Positions 30,102-45,665 of a stretch of DNA of 64,000 bases are shown here, piece by piece. This DNA comes from Salpingoeca rosetta (taxonomy: Eukaryota; Protista; Choanoflagellata). The DNA lies in the NCBI GenBank assembly GCA_033442325.1, contig JAWQFM010000023.1, positions 123,361-187,360 of the forward strand, in the 5' to 3' direction. Made by a program: the position numbers and the translations under genes. Numbering within the stretch: the stretch's first letter is position 1; every line of letters starts with the position of its first letter. Below the pieces are notes generated by a model. It was not told the DNA's origin and ran no database searches. It worked only from the letters and a program-made list of their open reading frames with translations.

Positions 30102-30541
30102 CACACACGCNNNNNNNNNNNNNNNNNNNNNNNNNNNNNNNNNNNNNNNNNNNNNNNNNNNNNNNNNNNNNNNNNNNNNNNNNNNNNNNNNNNNNNNNNN
30201 NNNNNNNNNNCAACACATTGGATAGTACACTACAAGAAAAAAATATAGAGAAAAAAAATATCAAAAAAAAGCATCAAAAATGGTCGCGTGCTGACGCGTG
30301 GCGAGACCATGACGTCCAGACGATGCTCTCGGGGCGAGCAGTCAGAGGAAGTGCACCGCCGCATATATACACAGCGCGCGGTAGTAAAATTTCTATGTGA
30401 GTCGTATTTTCTTTTTTGGGTCGTTGGAAACTATTTTTCCTCTCTGCGGAGAACTGTGTCGGAATAAACAGGTATATACACAAAGGAGATATCAAAACGC
30501 TAGCGAGACATTTTGTTTTTTCGTTAGAGTGGTCGCTATCT

Positions 30542-30584
<43 letters not shown>

Positions 30585-30602
30585 CACACACACACACACA
30601 CG

Positions 30603-30644
<42 letters not shown>

Positions 30645-31537
30645 AGATGGAGATGCTGCATGATGTGCTCGCCGCCATCCTTCACCTCTCCCGCATTGCA
30701 TTCTCAGCTCCGGTCTGCAATGCCCCTCCCCCCACACACCCTAGCTGCTCGTCTCTGTCTGCTTGTTGATTGATTTCTGATCATCATGGTGGTAGCGAGG
30801 CTTGTGTGGCTGACCCCGTTGCGCCTTGCCCTCAACAACAACAACCACCACCACCACCACCACCACCACCACCACCACCACCACCACCACCACCACCACC
30901 ACCACCAACATCACCACTGTCACTACCACCAAAATGCCAGGAGGAACATGACCCTGCGTCGCTGGCAGCGGATTCTGCGTCCGTGTGTGCGCGCGTGTCG
31001 TCGCTGCTTGGTGTTGACGCTTCCAAGCTGCAGTCTGCCTTGCTCACCACGACCACCATCACCAGGGGAGAGGCAATTGTCAAGCCATACACAACCATGC
31101 AGGCACAAGGTCGGGCACAGTGCCAGCAACGTGCATTTTGTTTTCATGCGTCTGTGTCTGTGCGCATGTGTGCGCCTGTCTGCGTTGATATGCGAGGAAC
31201 ACAACGTGGGCTTGCTTTCAACATGTGCTCATACCCACTCCATCCCTCACTACCACCATCATCCCCACTACCACCCCTGCTTGTTATGACTGCCACTGCC
31301 ACTGCTGCCACTGCTGCGACTGGTGCTAATGGTGCTGGTGCTGGTGCTGGTGCTGTTGGTGTTGGTGTGAGCAGACAGCCGAGATGCGGCTGCAAAAGAG
31401 CTGTACAGGCGCATGTTCGCCTGGATCGTCTCCTCCATCAACGCCATTCTCGACCCAGAGGGCCAGGCAGCAAAGGTCATGCCCGCACCACACGAGATGA
31501 GGAGGGGAAAGGGAGCATGGTGTGATGTTGGTGTTGT

Positions 31538-31616
<79 letters not shown>

Positions 31617-33978
31617 TGCTATTTCTCCTGTTGCAGTCCGCACTGCACTGTCTTATCATAGCATGGGCTGATTATTAACATTGTGCCACCCTAAACTTAT
31701 CCACCACCACCACCTTGACCACCATCTCACCAACCATTGCCACATCACCTGTCACCACCGCCACGATCATGCCACGATCATGCCGACGACGACGACGACG
31801 ATGATGATGATGACGGGGTGCAGGCGCAGCCCGAGCAACGCAGCCGCCTTGCACCACCGTCAGCAGACAAGCGCTTCATCATCGGTGTGGTGCAGCTGCC
31901 GTTGGTGCTGATCGGTGGTGCTGGTGGAGATTGCGTCGGAACGGTGACGGCATTGCACGATTCGCACGCATCAGACACACACACCACACACATACACATG
32001 CATAGCGCATATGCACACATTACACGCACACGCTCACACGTACCACACATGCGCGCATACGCGCATGCGCCTTGTATGTGCGGTCATTGCCTGCAGGCAT
32101 TCTTGACATTTTTGGCTTTGAGAACTTTGATGTGAACAGCTTTGAGCAGTTCTGCATCAATCTCGCAAACGAGCAGCTGCAACACTTCTTCAACCAGGTA
32201 CGTGTCTATTTGTGTACGATTGTGTGTTTGTGTATATGTGTGTTTGTGTATATTTGTGTATATTTGTGTGTGTGTGTGCGTGTGTATGTTCTTGTGTGTC
32301 TGCTTGTGTGTCTGCTTGTGTTTGTGTGTGTGTGTGTGTGTGTGTTAGTGTTCTTGCCTGCAACTGTCTCATTCTTGCATCCCTCACAATCTCACGTCCT
32401 CATGCTCCAATTGTTCACCTGCATAATGCCACGCCCCCCCAAAGCACATCTTCAAAATGGAGATGGAGGAATATCGCCGGGAAAACGTTGACGCAACAGA
32501 CGTCGCATTCATCGACAACCAGCCCGTCCTTGTGCGTACAGCAACCATCTCTGGGCGTATGTGTATGTGTGTATGTGTGTATGTGTGTTTGCACACCTGT
32601 GTCTGTGTACGTGTGCGTATTACAGCGAGGGTTTTGTCTTTGTGCAAGTGCCAGCTGCATCAAACTAAATCAACGCCACATTCCTCACGTCACGTTCACT
32701 TCTGTCACCACCACCACCACCACCACCGCCATTACCATCGCGACGTCAGGACATGTTTCTGAACCGGCCAATGGGTCTGCTGGCACTGCTGGACGAAGAA
32801 TCCCATTTCCCGCGCGCAACAGACGACTCGCTTGGTGAGACGATAACGGGAGTGTGTGTGTGTGTGTTCGTGTGTGTGTGTGTGTTCATGTGTGTGTGTG
32901 GGTGTGGATGGGTGTGGGAGTGGGTGTGGGAGTGGTGGTGGGGCACAGTAACGAGGAACTGATGCAGTGACGGGATGCGAGACATAATCTTTTCTTGCGG
33001 GACTTCACTTCCCGTGTGATCCAAGTGCTGTTTGCTCACCTTCAGCCCCAATCTTGTTTGCACATTCTTCCCATTGTTGTCGTCTACACCTGTAACCGAT
33101 GCATCAGTTGGGAAATTCCACAAGCACTTCAGCTCGCACGCCGCCTTCTCTGTCCCGCAAGGTGTTGTGACCTCATCGTCACGCTGCTTTGCCATGCGCG
33201 GTTGGCTGCGATGCTCCGATCACTCGAGGATCAAGTACACGCACACACATGTGCGTGTTGTGTTGTGTTGTGTTGGGTTGATGCATCCCATAGTTCTCAC
33301 GCGGCCGTGTCTGTCGCGTCTCGTGTCCTTTGCATTGCGTTCCCCAGGTGATGCGTGTGAGTTCCACATCAAGCACTACGCGGGCACCGTCATGTACGAT
33401 GGCATCGGCTTCCTCGACAAGAACAGAGACAGGTGCGCAGGCAACGCAGCGATAACGGCTGCTGTCGTAGTGATGCGTGAAGATGTGGTGGCTGGTGCTG
33501 TGATAATGCGATGGTGCGTCGAAAGCATCGCGGGCATTGATACCTCCTCGCGTGTCAGTATCAGCTGGTACACTGACTGCGTGATGGAACATGGGCCGCA
33601 GCGCTGTCTGCCAGCCATTGCCTCCTCTCCAGCAACGCGTTCTCCTCATGACGACGACAACCACCACCACTCGTTCACACGTCTCGCTACTCGTCAATGT
33701 TTCCCATGTAACATCATGCCCGCCCCTTCCTCTTGTGTTTCAACCACATCCGCCCACAGCCTTGCTCCGGACGTTGTGCACCTGTTTGCGGACAGCAGCG
33801 TCTCTGTTGTCGCCGAATCGTTCCAGGCCTCAATCTCAAGCACGGGACAGGTGAGCGCGTTGCGGTGGTGCTGATGCAAGCAGGCCGAAGGGGAGGGGAA
33901 AGCATCACACGCACAGTCAAACAAGGTCAAACAAGCACCAACAAGGTCAAACAAGCACACATGCACACACACACACAT

Positions 33979-34010
<32 letters not shown>

Positions 34011-34489
34011 CGAGTGCACAAATGCATGCTGACGCGCTGTGCCCATGTCCACTTCGCCATTTCAGATCATTCCCAGCCGGGCGCGGTGGTCCAGCAACGT
34101 CGGCAAGCGCAAGAACAAAGCAACGGTGGGACGCGAGCATCATGCGTGGACCTTTGTGTGGATGTGTGTGTGTGTGTGTGTCTGCTCGTTTGTGTCAATT
34201 CACCTGTGTTGTGTGCGTTTGGTCGTGTGCTTGTGCTTGTGCTTGTGCGCAGAAATCACTGCCACCTTGTGTGGCTGGTGTATTGGGTTGACGCCGACAC
34301 CTGCCCCCCCGCCCTCTTTCACGCGACAATACTCACCCTCCACTCCTGCTCACACATGCACGTCACACACACACATCACGCAGTTGAGTAACACGACAAA
34401 CAAGCGCGCTCTCACCGTCAGTGCCCAGTTTCGCAACTCGCTTCTTCTCCTCGTCGACAACATGGCTCAACGCGCGTGCGTACACACAT

Positions 34490-34555
<66 letters not shown>

Positions 34556-34953
34556 GACCACAAGTTTACATGACACGTTGTCTGTGTTGCCGGATGCCTG
34601 CAGATACAAGGTGATTGCGTACAGTCCCGACACGACAATTGAGCCTGGCGCATTCAGCTGCCAGCGTGTTCTTGACACGGCCGGAATCAGAGACTTTAAG
34701 CTCGGGTACGCAGCAGCAGTGGCATTGCCCCATGTTGGGGTGTCGTGTTGTTTACGTTGCGTCGTGTCGAATATGTGTGTTTTGGTGTGGGGCCGTGTTG
34801 TTGCATGTCTGTGTGCACGGGTGTTTGTGCGCCCACCCCCCTCTCGTTGTTGTTTTCGTTGTGCTTGTCGGCATTCGATGTGTGTTTTGGGGTTGATGAT
34901 ATGCACTGGTGTGACAAGTGCCTCCGTGTGTCCTCTGCCCTCCCTGACCACCG

Positions 34954-34994
<41 letters not shown>

Positions 34995-36639
34995 CTTTAG
35001 CCGCACCAAAGTGTTTCTCAAGTACTACGATGCAGAGACGCTGGAGGTCAAAGTCACCCGCTTCAAGCAGCTCGCCGTTACCTTCCAGAAAGGTGTGACC
35101 TTCGTCCGCGACAGCGACGCGTTGCAGTGCACGCGGGAGGTTGTGTGTGTGTGTGTGTGAGCGTGTGCGTGGACATGTGCGTGTGCGTGTGCGTGTGCGT
35201 GTGCGTGTGCGTGTGCCCGCTTGGCTATTGTTTTCCATGTCGTGGCATTTGCCATGTTCCAAAAGGCCCTCACCACCACGACGACGACGACGACCCGGCT
35301 GCGTCCAGTTGCGCGCGGGTTCATCGCCCGGCGATCGGTTGTGCAGATGCAGCGGGAGCGGGAACAGCGAGCGGCGCAGACGGTGGAGATGATGAAGACA
35401 GTCGAGGCATCTGCACACGCAATCGCTCAGGTGCCGGACGAAGAGGGGGGGGGGAAGGCGTGTTGTGGGACGTGGAAAAAAAAAAGGGGGGGGGGAGGGG
35501 CTTAGTTTATGCATACAATTGCTCATACATGACACACAATCACACACACACACACACACACANNNNNNNNNNNNNNNNNNNNNNNNNNNNNNNNNNNNNN
35601 NNNNNNNNNNNNNNNNNNNNNNNNNNNNNNNNNNNNNNNNNNNNNNNNNNNNNNNNNNNNNNNNNNNNNNNNNNNNNNNNNNNNNNNNNNNNNNNNNNNN
35701 NNNNNNNNNNNNNNNNNNNNNNNNNNNNNNNNNNNNNNNNNNNNNNNNNNNNNNNNNNNNNNNNNNNNNNNNNNNNNNNNNNNNNNNNNNNNNNNNNNNN
35801 NNNNNNNNNNNNNNNNNNNNNNNNNNNNNNNNNNNNNNNNNNNNNNNNNNNNNNNNNNNNNNNNNNNNNNNNNNNNNNNNNNNNNNNNNNNNNNNNNNNN
35901 NNNNNNNNNNNNNNNNNNNNNNNNNNNNNNNNNNNNNNNNNNNNNNNNNNNNNNNNNNNNNNNNNNNNNNNNNNNNNNNNNNNNNNNNNNNNNNNNNNNN
36001 NNNNNNNNNNNNNNNNNNNNNNNNNNNNNNNNNNNNNNNNNNNNNNNNNNNNNNNNNNNNNNNNNNNNNNNNNNNNNNNNNNNNNNNNNNNNNNNNNNNN
36101 NNNNNNNNNNNNNNNNNNNNNNNNNNNNNNNNNNNNNNNNNNNNNNNNNNNNNNNNNNNNNNNNNNNNNNNNNNNNNNNNNNNNNNNNNNNNNNNNNNNN
36201 NNNNNNNNNNNNNNNNNNNNNNNNNNNNNNNNNNNNNNNNNNNNNNNNNNNNNNNNNNNNNNNNNNNNNNNNNNNNNNNNNNNNNNNNNNNNNNNNNNNN
36301 NNNNNNNNNNNNNNNNNNNNNNNNNNNNNNNTCTTCTTCTCTCTTCCTTGGCTGTGGTTGTATTCGCATGTATCTTTTTTTTTCTGAAAAAAAAAAAAAA
36401 AGGGGCTTCAAATAACCCTTTATTTACACCCTCTACTCACTCACACTTCTGTACCGGAAAGGGAGTTAGTTTTAGCTTCATGTCCTTTTAGCTTCTACGC
36501 TCTACCAATGATCCTAATTTCTCTCGCTTCACAGCGATGACGTAGCTACGCCCTTCCCACGAATCCAAAGCACCACACCTTGCAGGACCGAGAGATCCCG
36601 CACATGGGCCCCTGGACCTTTACTTGTCGGGCACACTCA

Positions 36640-36729
<90 letters not shown>

Positions 36730-36885
36730 TGCATGGCTGCAGGCGACCGGCTGACCATCCCCTGTGGACAGAGCGATCCTGATGCTGCTGATGCGACGGA
36801 CGCGCTGGTGTCGATGCCAATCAAGATGAAGAAGACGCAGCGCAGGCGCCGCCAGCACAGAACGCCTTCAACCTCAACCACGTGA
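27730..36885 (+). CDS. Unconventional myosin heavy chain, class III/XXVIII-like (motor, IQ, short coiled coil; tail partly in gap)
   Basis: [97 protein letters not shown] and an IQ-like [12 protein letters not shown]. No N-terminal kinase. The exons after the gap (to stop 36885) are assigned tentatively. Confidence 0.85.
30111..30210. other. Assembly gap (100 N)
   Basis: Run of n. Confidence 1.
35563..36331. other. Assembly gap within the myosin tail region
   Basis: Run of n. Confidence 1.
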
Positions 36886-37208
36886 CACCGACAGCAGCTC
36901 CGCATGCGCGCATGTGCACGTATGTGTGTGTGTGTATGTGCATGCGTGTGTTCGTCTGTATCGTTGTGTGCATGTGTGTAACTTCTGCCCATGAAGCAGT
37001 CGGCTCGCGAGTGCACACATGTGCTCTTGCATTCTCATTGTGTGTCGCAGTTGGATCTCTGCTCGTCTATTGGGTGTTTGTTTGGTGATCATCAAAATGA
37101 AATGAAAGGCGCAACAACAGGCATGCGAAGCACGCATGGTGGATCTTCTTACTCCTCCAACCCTAAGACAAACACAAACACACACACACACACACACACA
37201 CCCTTAAA

Positions 37209-38876
37209 TCACAGCAGTCGTCGCTTCATCTCTCCAGCAGCAAAGTCATACACCATCTCATCATCATCATCGTCGTCGTCGTCGTCATCATCAACCATTG
37301 CGTGCATGTGGGCACCGTCCAAGGGCGGCAGTGCAAAGTCCTCGTCCAAGTCATCATCGCTGCTGTCTGTGATGGCGAACGCAGCGCTACCCCCGAGCTC
37401 GTGCATGAGCATGCTGTCTGCGCCGACAATGTTGTACGTGACCCTCGCTGATGATGATGATGACGTGAGGTGCTTGTTGAAGTGGTGCACCCACGCCATC
37501 ATGAACAAAAACACCCCCGTTGCAATGGACAGCACAATGACGATGATGACAAGGAACGTCTCCGGGCCAACGCGGTCGAAGAGCGTGCCCACGGCAAGTG
37601 GAATCAGCATCTCGCCAAGCGCCGCGCCAACAACCAATATGCTGGTGGCGGCGTTGGAGATGTCCATGTATGTCTCGACCATGTGATACCCGCTCGGGAA
37701 GATGCTGGCCATGGAGAAGCCAAACACGCCCGAGCCAATCCAGATGACCGTTGCGTTGTGCGGGAAGCACGCCATTGCCACGGAGGCGAGCATGCAGCCG
37801 ACGAGGTCCACAATGACGAGCGTGCGCGGGCTGAACCGCGTGGAGAGCGGGATGGCAAAGAAGCGACCAACAGCAAACAGCCCCCAATAGACGGACGTCA
37901 CCAGCGCGCCGTCATGCTCCGAAAACTGCAGCTCGCAGCTCTTGACGGTGTAACTGTAGATGTAGCCGCCGTAGCTCACCTCCGTGCCCACATACAGCAT
38001 GAAGAACAAGAACGCAGCCGACAGCAGGCCAACCACGTACACGCGCGAGCGTGGCTTTGGCGTCGCGTCTGCCGCGCCGTCACCACCATGGCCACCGTGG
38101 CCGCCAGCCATGATGTCACGTGGCGTGAAGCGCGCTAGGGCCAAGAAGGCAAGTGCGGGCGGCAAGAGCAGGCTTGCCCCGATGCGGTATGCTGTGGCGA
38201 CGTGAGACTCAAACCCGGGCGGCACGGTCCCTGATTCGCCATCGCCAGCAGCAACGGTCATCGTCGTCGTCGTCGCCAGTGGCGTGACGGGTGTTGTGGC
38301 GAGTGTGGACGGTGGTGACGTCGCGGTGGCTGTACAGTTGATGCCCTCAATGGTGGATGTTTGCGCAATGAACTGCTTTGCGAGCAGCGGCGCGATGAAT
38401 GCGCCAACCCCAAAGCAGAAGTGGAGCCCTTGCAGGTATGGTCCACAGTTTGCCTTCCAACAGCGGATGAGCAGCACGTTTCCTCCCGTGTCGAGGAAGC
38501 CCATGGCCAGCCCTTGCAGCGACACCACTGCCGCCAAGACGGGGACGTTCTTGGCGAGCGGCACGCAAAAGGAACCGGTTGCGGCCAGAAGCAGCGTGGT
38601 GGCGAGCATGGTGGCGCTGTACGCGGTGCGGTCGAAGATGAGTCCGCCCACGATGCTGCCGAGCAAGTAGCCCAGACTGCGCGCGGTGAAGGCCAGTGCC
38701 ATGTGGGCAATGGTGGCATCGAGGCGGGTGGCCAGGTCCAGCAGCGTGGGCCCCAGCAAGGACAACAGCAAGCCCAGGCAGAAGAAGGCTGTATAGTTGG
38801 TCGCTGTCAGTGACAACCGCAGCCACCGCGGCAGCGTCGCTGCTGTTGGTGTCTCTGCTGTCTTCATCTTGGCCAT
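37209..38876 (-). CDS. MFS sugar transporter, MFSD4/FucP (fucose:H+ symporter) family, single exon
   Basis: About 12 hydrophobic segments; LGPTLLDLA, GYLLGSIVGGLIFDR, GFLDTGGNVL, YLQGLHFCFGVGAFIAP, LYVGTEVSYGGYIYSY, YWGLFAVGRFFAI, MASIFPS; acidic C-terminal tail. Confidence 0.88.
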   Translation of the reverse strand: MAKMKTAETPTAATLPRWLRLSLTATNYTAFFCLGLLLSLLGPTLLDLATRLDATIAHMALAFTARSLGYLLGSIVGGLIFDRTAYSATMLATTLLLAATGSFCVPLAKNVPVLAAVVSLQGLAMGFLDTGGNVLLIRCWKANCGPYLQGLHFCFGVGAFIAPLLAKQFIAQTSTIEGINCTATATSPPSTLATTPVTPLATTTTMTVAAGDGESGTVPPGFESHVATAYRIGASLLLPPALAFLALARFTPRDIMAGGHGGHGGDGAADATPKPRSRVYVVGLLSAAFLFFMLYVGTEVSYGGYIYSYTVKSCELQFSEHDGALVTSVYWGLFAVGRFFAIPLSTRFSPRTLVIVDLVGCMLASVAMACFPHNATVIWIGSGVFGFSMASIFPSGYHMVETYMDISNAATSILVVGAALGEMLIPLAVGTLFDRVGPETFLVIIVIVLSIATGVFLFMMAWVHHFNKHLTSSSSSARVTYNIVGADSMLMHELGGSAAFAITDSSDDDLDEDFALPPLDGAHMHAMVDDDDDDDDDDDEMVYDFAAGEMKRRLL

Positions 38877-38957
38877 TGTCGTCGTCTGTGGTGCTGGCGA
38901 TTCGCGAATAACTTCATACACATTTCTGGAATGACAAACGAAGAAGACAGACGAACG

Positions 38958-42026
<3,069 letters not shown>

Positions 42027-42210
42027 TCTCCCAATCATTTATGCATGACACGAACATGCATGCAGTCATGTTTGATTGCAGACGCGCGTTATGCTCCATG
42101 CAAGGTTAATCCCCCTCCACCATACACAGACTTATACATGTGGCGTCATAACAACTGCGACGTAGAAAGGCATGCATGAAAAGCACGGGTGAATCCTCTT
42201 CCAAACCAAA

Positions 42211-42256
<46 letters not shown>

Positions 42257-42323
42257 ACACACCCCCACACACACCCACACACATCCACACACACACACAC
42301 ACACACACTGACAACAACAGTGG

Positions 42324-43298
42324 TTATGGGAAGGGTCCCGGGCCAAGGTACGAGACGGCAGGGAGCCTGAAGTAGATGTCGTCGGTGACGTTCTTGTAGA
42401 TTTTGTACAGCCCGTCGTGGGGACATGATGCCTTGACCTTGGCACGCTCCTCCTCACTCGCCGCAGAAGATGTTGGGAAGTCGTTGATGGCCGATGGTGG
42501 GAGACCCAGGGCACGGATCACTTCTTCCTTGTGGTCCCACATCTTGTGGAAGTTGAGGATGACAATGTTGTAGTTGCGCTGCTTGGCTTTCTCCGGGTCC
42601 ATCCACGCTTGGTAGAACCTGTCAAACCCAATGTGGTCCTCTCCGCGCTGTACATACTCTTCGTAGCTCTGTGGGCCGTTGAGGCAGTGCGACTTTGAGT
42701 TGAGCATGTTGCGGCAATGGTTCTTGTTCAGCCCAAGGTGCAGGTGAGAGCACGCCGCCTCGCACGGGTCGCGGACTTGCACGATGACACGAAAGAGATG
42801 GAGGTCCGCTGTTGGGATCTTGTGTTTGGACACGGACATGGCTGTGTCTGTGTGCGTCGGCGCAGGCATGTGCAGCTCCTCTACTGGATGCGGATCGTGG
42901 ATGTGGTATGACTTGCCATACTTGCGCAGGAAGTGCCAGAAGGTCTTGCTCCCGGATCCACCATAAGAGATGACAAAGAAGTGCACGGGTCGCTGGTCCG
43001 CTCTGAACGAAGACGGCGCCGATGTGTGCTCGGCGCTCTCTTGGATGCAGCTGCGGATGTTCTTCTCCAACGCCTGCACGTCGCTGACATGAAACGCTTC
43101 TGCTGCGTCTTCTGCGTCCAGGCCAATCTTGGACAGCACGCGCGGGTGGCGGTCAGACGTGTACTCCCTCCCTGACCCCGTGCCGCTTGGCTGGCAAGGC
43201 ATGTCATTGCCGAGTGTTCCCGCTGCTCCTACTGCCACTGCCACTGCTGCGACCAGCACCACAGAGGCCCAACTGTTGCTGTTGATCTCTCGCTTCAT
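42324..43298 (-). CDS. Secretory-pathway sulfotransferase-like protein, single exon
   Basis: Signal or anchor ([18 protein letters not shown]); 5'-PAPS-loop-like FFVISYGGSGSKTF; 3'-PB-like RVIVQVRDPCEAACSH; later FYQAW and ILNFHKMW...VIRALGL, as in P-loop sulfotransferases. Confidence 0.65.
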   Translation of the reverse strand: MKREINSNSWASVVLVAAVAVAVGAAGTLGNDMPCQPSGTGSGREYTSDRHPRVLSKIGLDAEDAAEAFHVSDVQALEKNIRSCIQESAEHTSAPSSFRADQRPVHFFVISYGGSGSKTFWHFLRKYGKSYHIHDPHPVEELHMPAPTHTDTAMSVSKHKIPTADLHLFRVIVQVRDPCEAACSHLHLGLNKNHCRNMLNSKSHCLNGPQSYEEYVQRGEDHIGFDRFYQAWMDPEKAKQRNYNIVILNFHKMWDHKEEVIRALGLPPSAINDFPTSSAASEEERAKVKASCPHDGLYKIYKNVTDDIYFRLPAVSYLGPGPFP

Positions 43299-43688
43299 TG
43301 TGTGCGAGTACAAAAGCAGACACGAATTGACGTTGACTGTTGAGATTGCTGCAAATCCAATCCACCTCAGCCGCCACGACAAACAGTGTAACGACCGACC
43401 AAGCAAGCGAGTAAGAAGCAAACATGCATGCATGCAAGCAAGCAAGCGAGTAGCAGCCGGAGAGAAGATAACGCATGTACCATGCAAGGTTTGATGTGTG
43501 CAATTGGCAGAGACAATGACTGGTTCATGCCGGGCAGAATGTGCTGAACGGGGCAAGCATTGCAAGTTCACAAGAAGCAAGGAATCGACGACACGCAGTT
43601 CAAAGAGTTCAAGCTGCTGTTCATGCCTTATGCAACATAACGTAAACTGTGAACCCCCCCCCTCCCCTCAACACGTCACAGCAGCACG

Positions 43689-44296
43689 TCACACGCCAGC
43701 TTTCCCATCTTCCTGCTGCTGCTTGTGTTGTTTGAGTTGCATGATTTGCAGCTCCAGCTGGTTGATCTTAAGCGCATGCAGCGACACAAGATCTCGCATC
43801 CGCGACAACTCGGCCTCCATCTCCTCTCTCAACGCCCCACACGCACCGCCACTGCAGCTGCCGGGCCCATCTCTCCCACCATCCTCATCATTATCACCAT
43901 CTGTTGCTGTTGCTGCTGTACTGTCGTGGCCCTGGCTCCGTCCATTGTCCTCGTGCTCGCCGTCAAGACCACCGCCACCCGCCTGCCCAGTCGCAGACGG
44001 CGCTGGTGACGTGGATATGTGCGGCTCGTGCACCACGCTGCCCGGGCGGTGCGGCGTGTGGCCTTGCTGGTTGTTGAAGTAGTCGATGAGCACATCGCCG
44101 ACCTTTGCTGCAATTTCGCTCCCGCTCAGCTTGGGCAAGTGCTTGTCGTGGTTATCGACCACATATCTGCAGAGGCGGCAGCCGAGGTGGGGTGGGCCAA
44201 ACTTTGGATATTGGCCCTCCGCATTCAGCGCCGGCGGAATGTCAAACCGAAAGTATTGCACCTGAGCAAATATGTGTGTGTGTGTGCGCGTGTGTA

Positions 44297-44374
<78 letters not shown>

Positions 44375-45579
44375 TGTGTGTGTGTGTGTGTGTGTGCAAT
44401 CGCACTCGAGTGGGCTTCCTCCCAGGCCTATTCTACAGACCCCCGTCCCGAGTTAAAAAAAGTACCAAGTTACAAGGGCTGGCTACACCAGACGGCGGCA
44501 TAGAGTCCATACATTTTAAGCTTGAAAGAAGTTAAATGTCAGTAGAGGGAACATCTAGATAATTATAACTCGCTTATTTTCCTTAGTTGGCACTAAATCG
44601 TTGATGGATNNNNNNNNNNNNNNNNNNNNNNNNNNNNNNNNNNNNNNNNNNNNNNNNNNNNNNNNNNNNNNNNNNNNNNNNNNNNNNNNNNNNNNNNNNN
44701 NNNNNNNNNATATGCGAATGTTGTAAAAGTACATCACGATTCGGTGGTCGGGGTTGTTGAACGAAACAGACAGGCGAGCCAGTAGGTACCGCTTACGCGA
44801 AAGTTTCGAGCACCCGTTGCTGAAGACGCGCACACACTTGAGGTGGTTCGACAGCACTTTGGCCTTTTCAGTGCATGGCGAGCGACAGGGCGTAAGGTAT
44901 GTCGTGTTGTGATTTATGCTCACATGAATGAATGGGGCACACATACACACACACCAATGCACACAGACACACCAATGCACACAGACACATCTACACACCT
45001 GTGCACACATGCACACACACACACTTATACACACACACACACACACTTATACACGGGCGCGTCGACTGCGAAGTGCAATTGAGCTTACGAGGTGATTTCG
45101 CTTGGAGATGGCCATATTGGAGACAACCCAGATACCGTCGCACGTGCGCTAACGTGTTGGAGGATGCAGAGGAGCAAGGTGGAACACCAGGGATGTGACA
45201 CATGCACGCGTTTGTTTAGCGGTGAACGGCGTTAGTCACACGACGACGTATGTTGTTGCGAAGAGATGTACAACGGAGGATGAGAGAACGATACGGAAGG
45301 TGAGTGTGTGTGTGTGCGTGCATGTCACATCAAAAGAGGGTCGGTGAGTGACAATGGTCATGTGCGGGCGGGCGAAGCGAGTGAGATTTGCATCATTCCC
45401 TTCACGGCACGCGTTCGGCATTGGCTGCCTCTCGACTCTTACCGCATAGTGTTTGCGCCAGGCATGGTATGATTCGAACAGTGTCTTGTTCGACGCCACC
45501 TGCATGCAGGGATGGCGAGCAGCAGCAAGTTGGAGAAGTGAGTGGAGTGAACATCAGCCAATGTTTTCAGAGCACAGAT

Positions 45580-45665
<86 letters not shown>

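Noticed and set aside
30211-30542. AT-rich gap-flanking sequence (also 36332-36560 and 44400-44609) as possible foreign DNA
   Set aside because: Adjacent to N gaps and microsatellites, with homopolymer runs; typical of poor read ends.
30839-30912. Poly-Pro/His (cac)n as a formin-like or His-rich domain
   Set aside because: Lies in a myosin intron upstream of the acceptor at about 30940.
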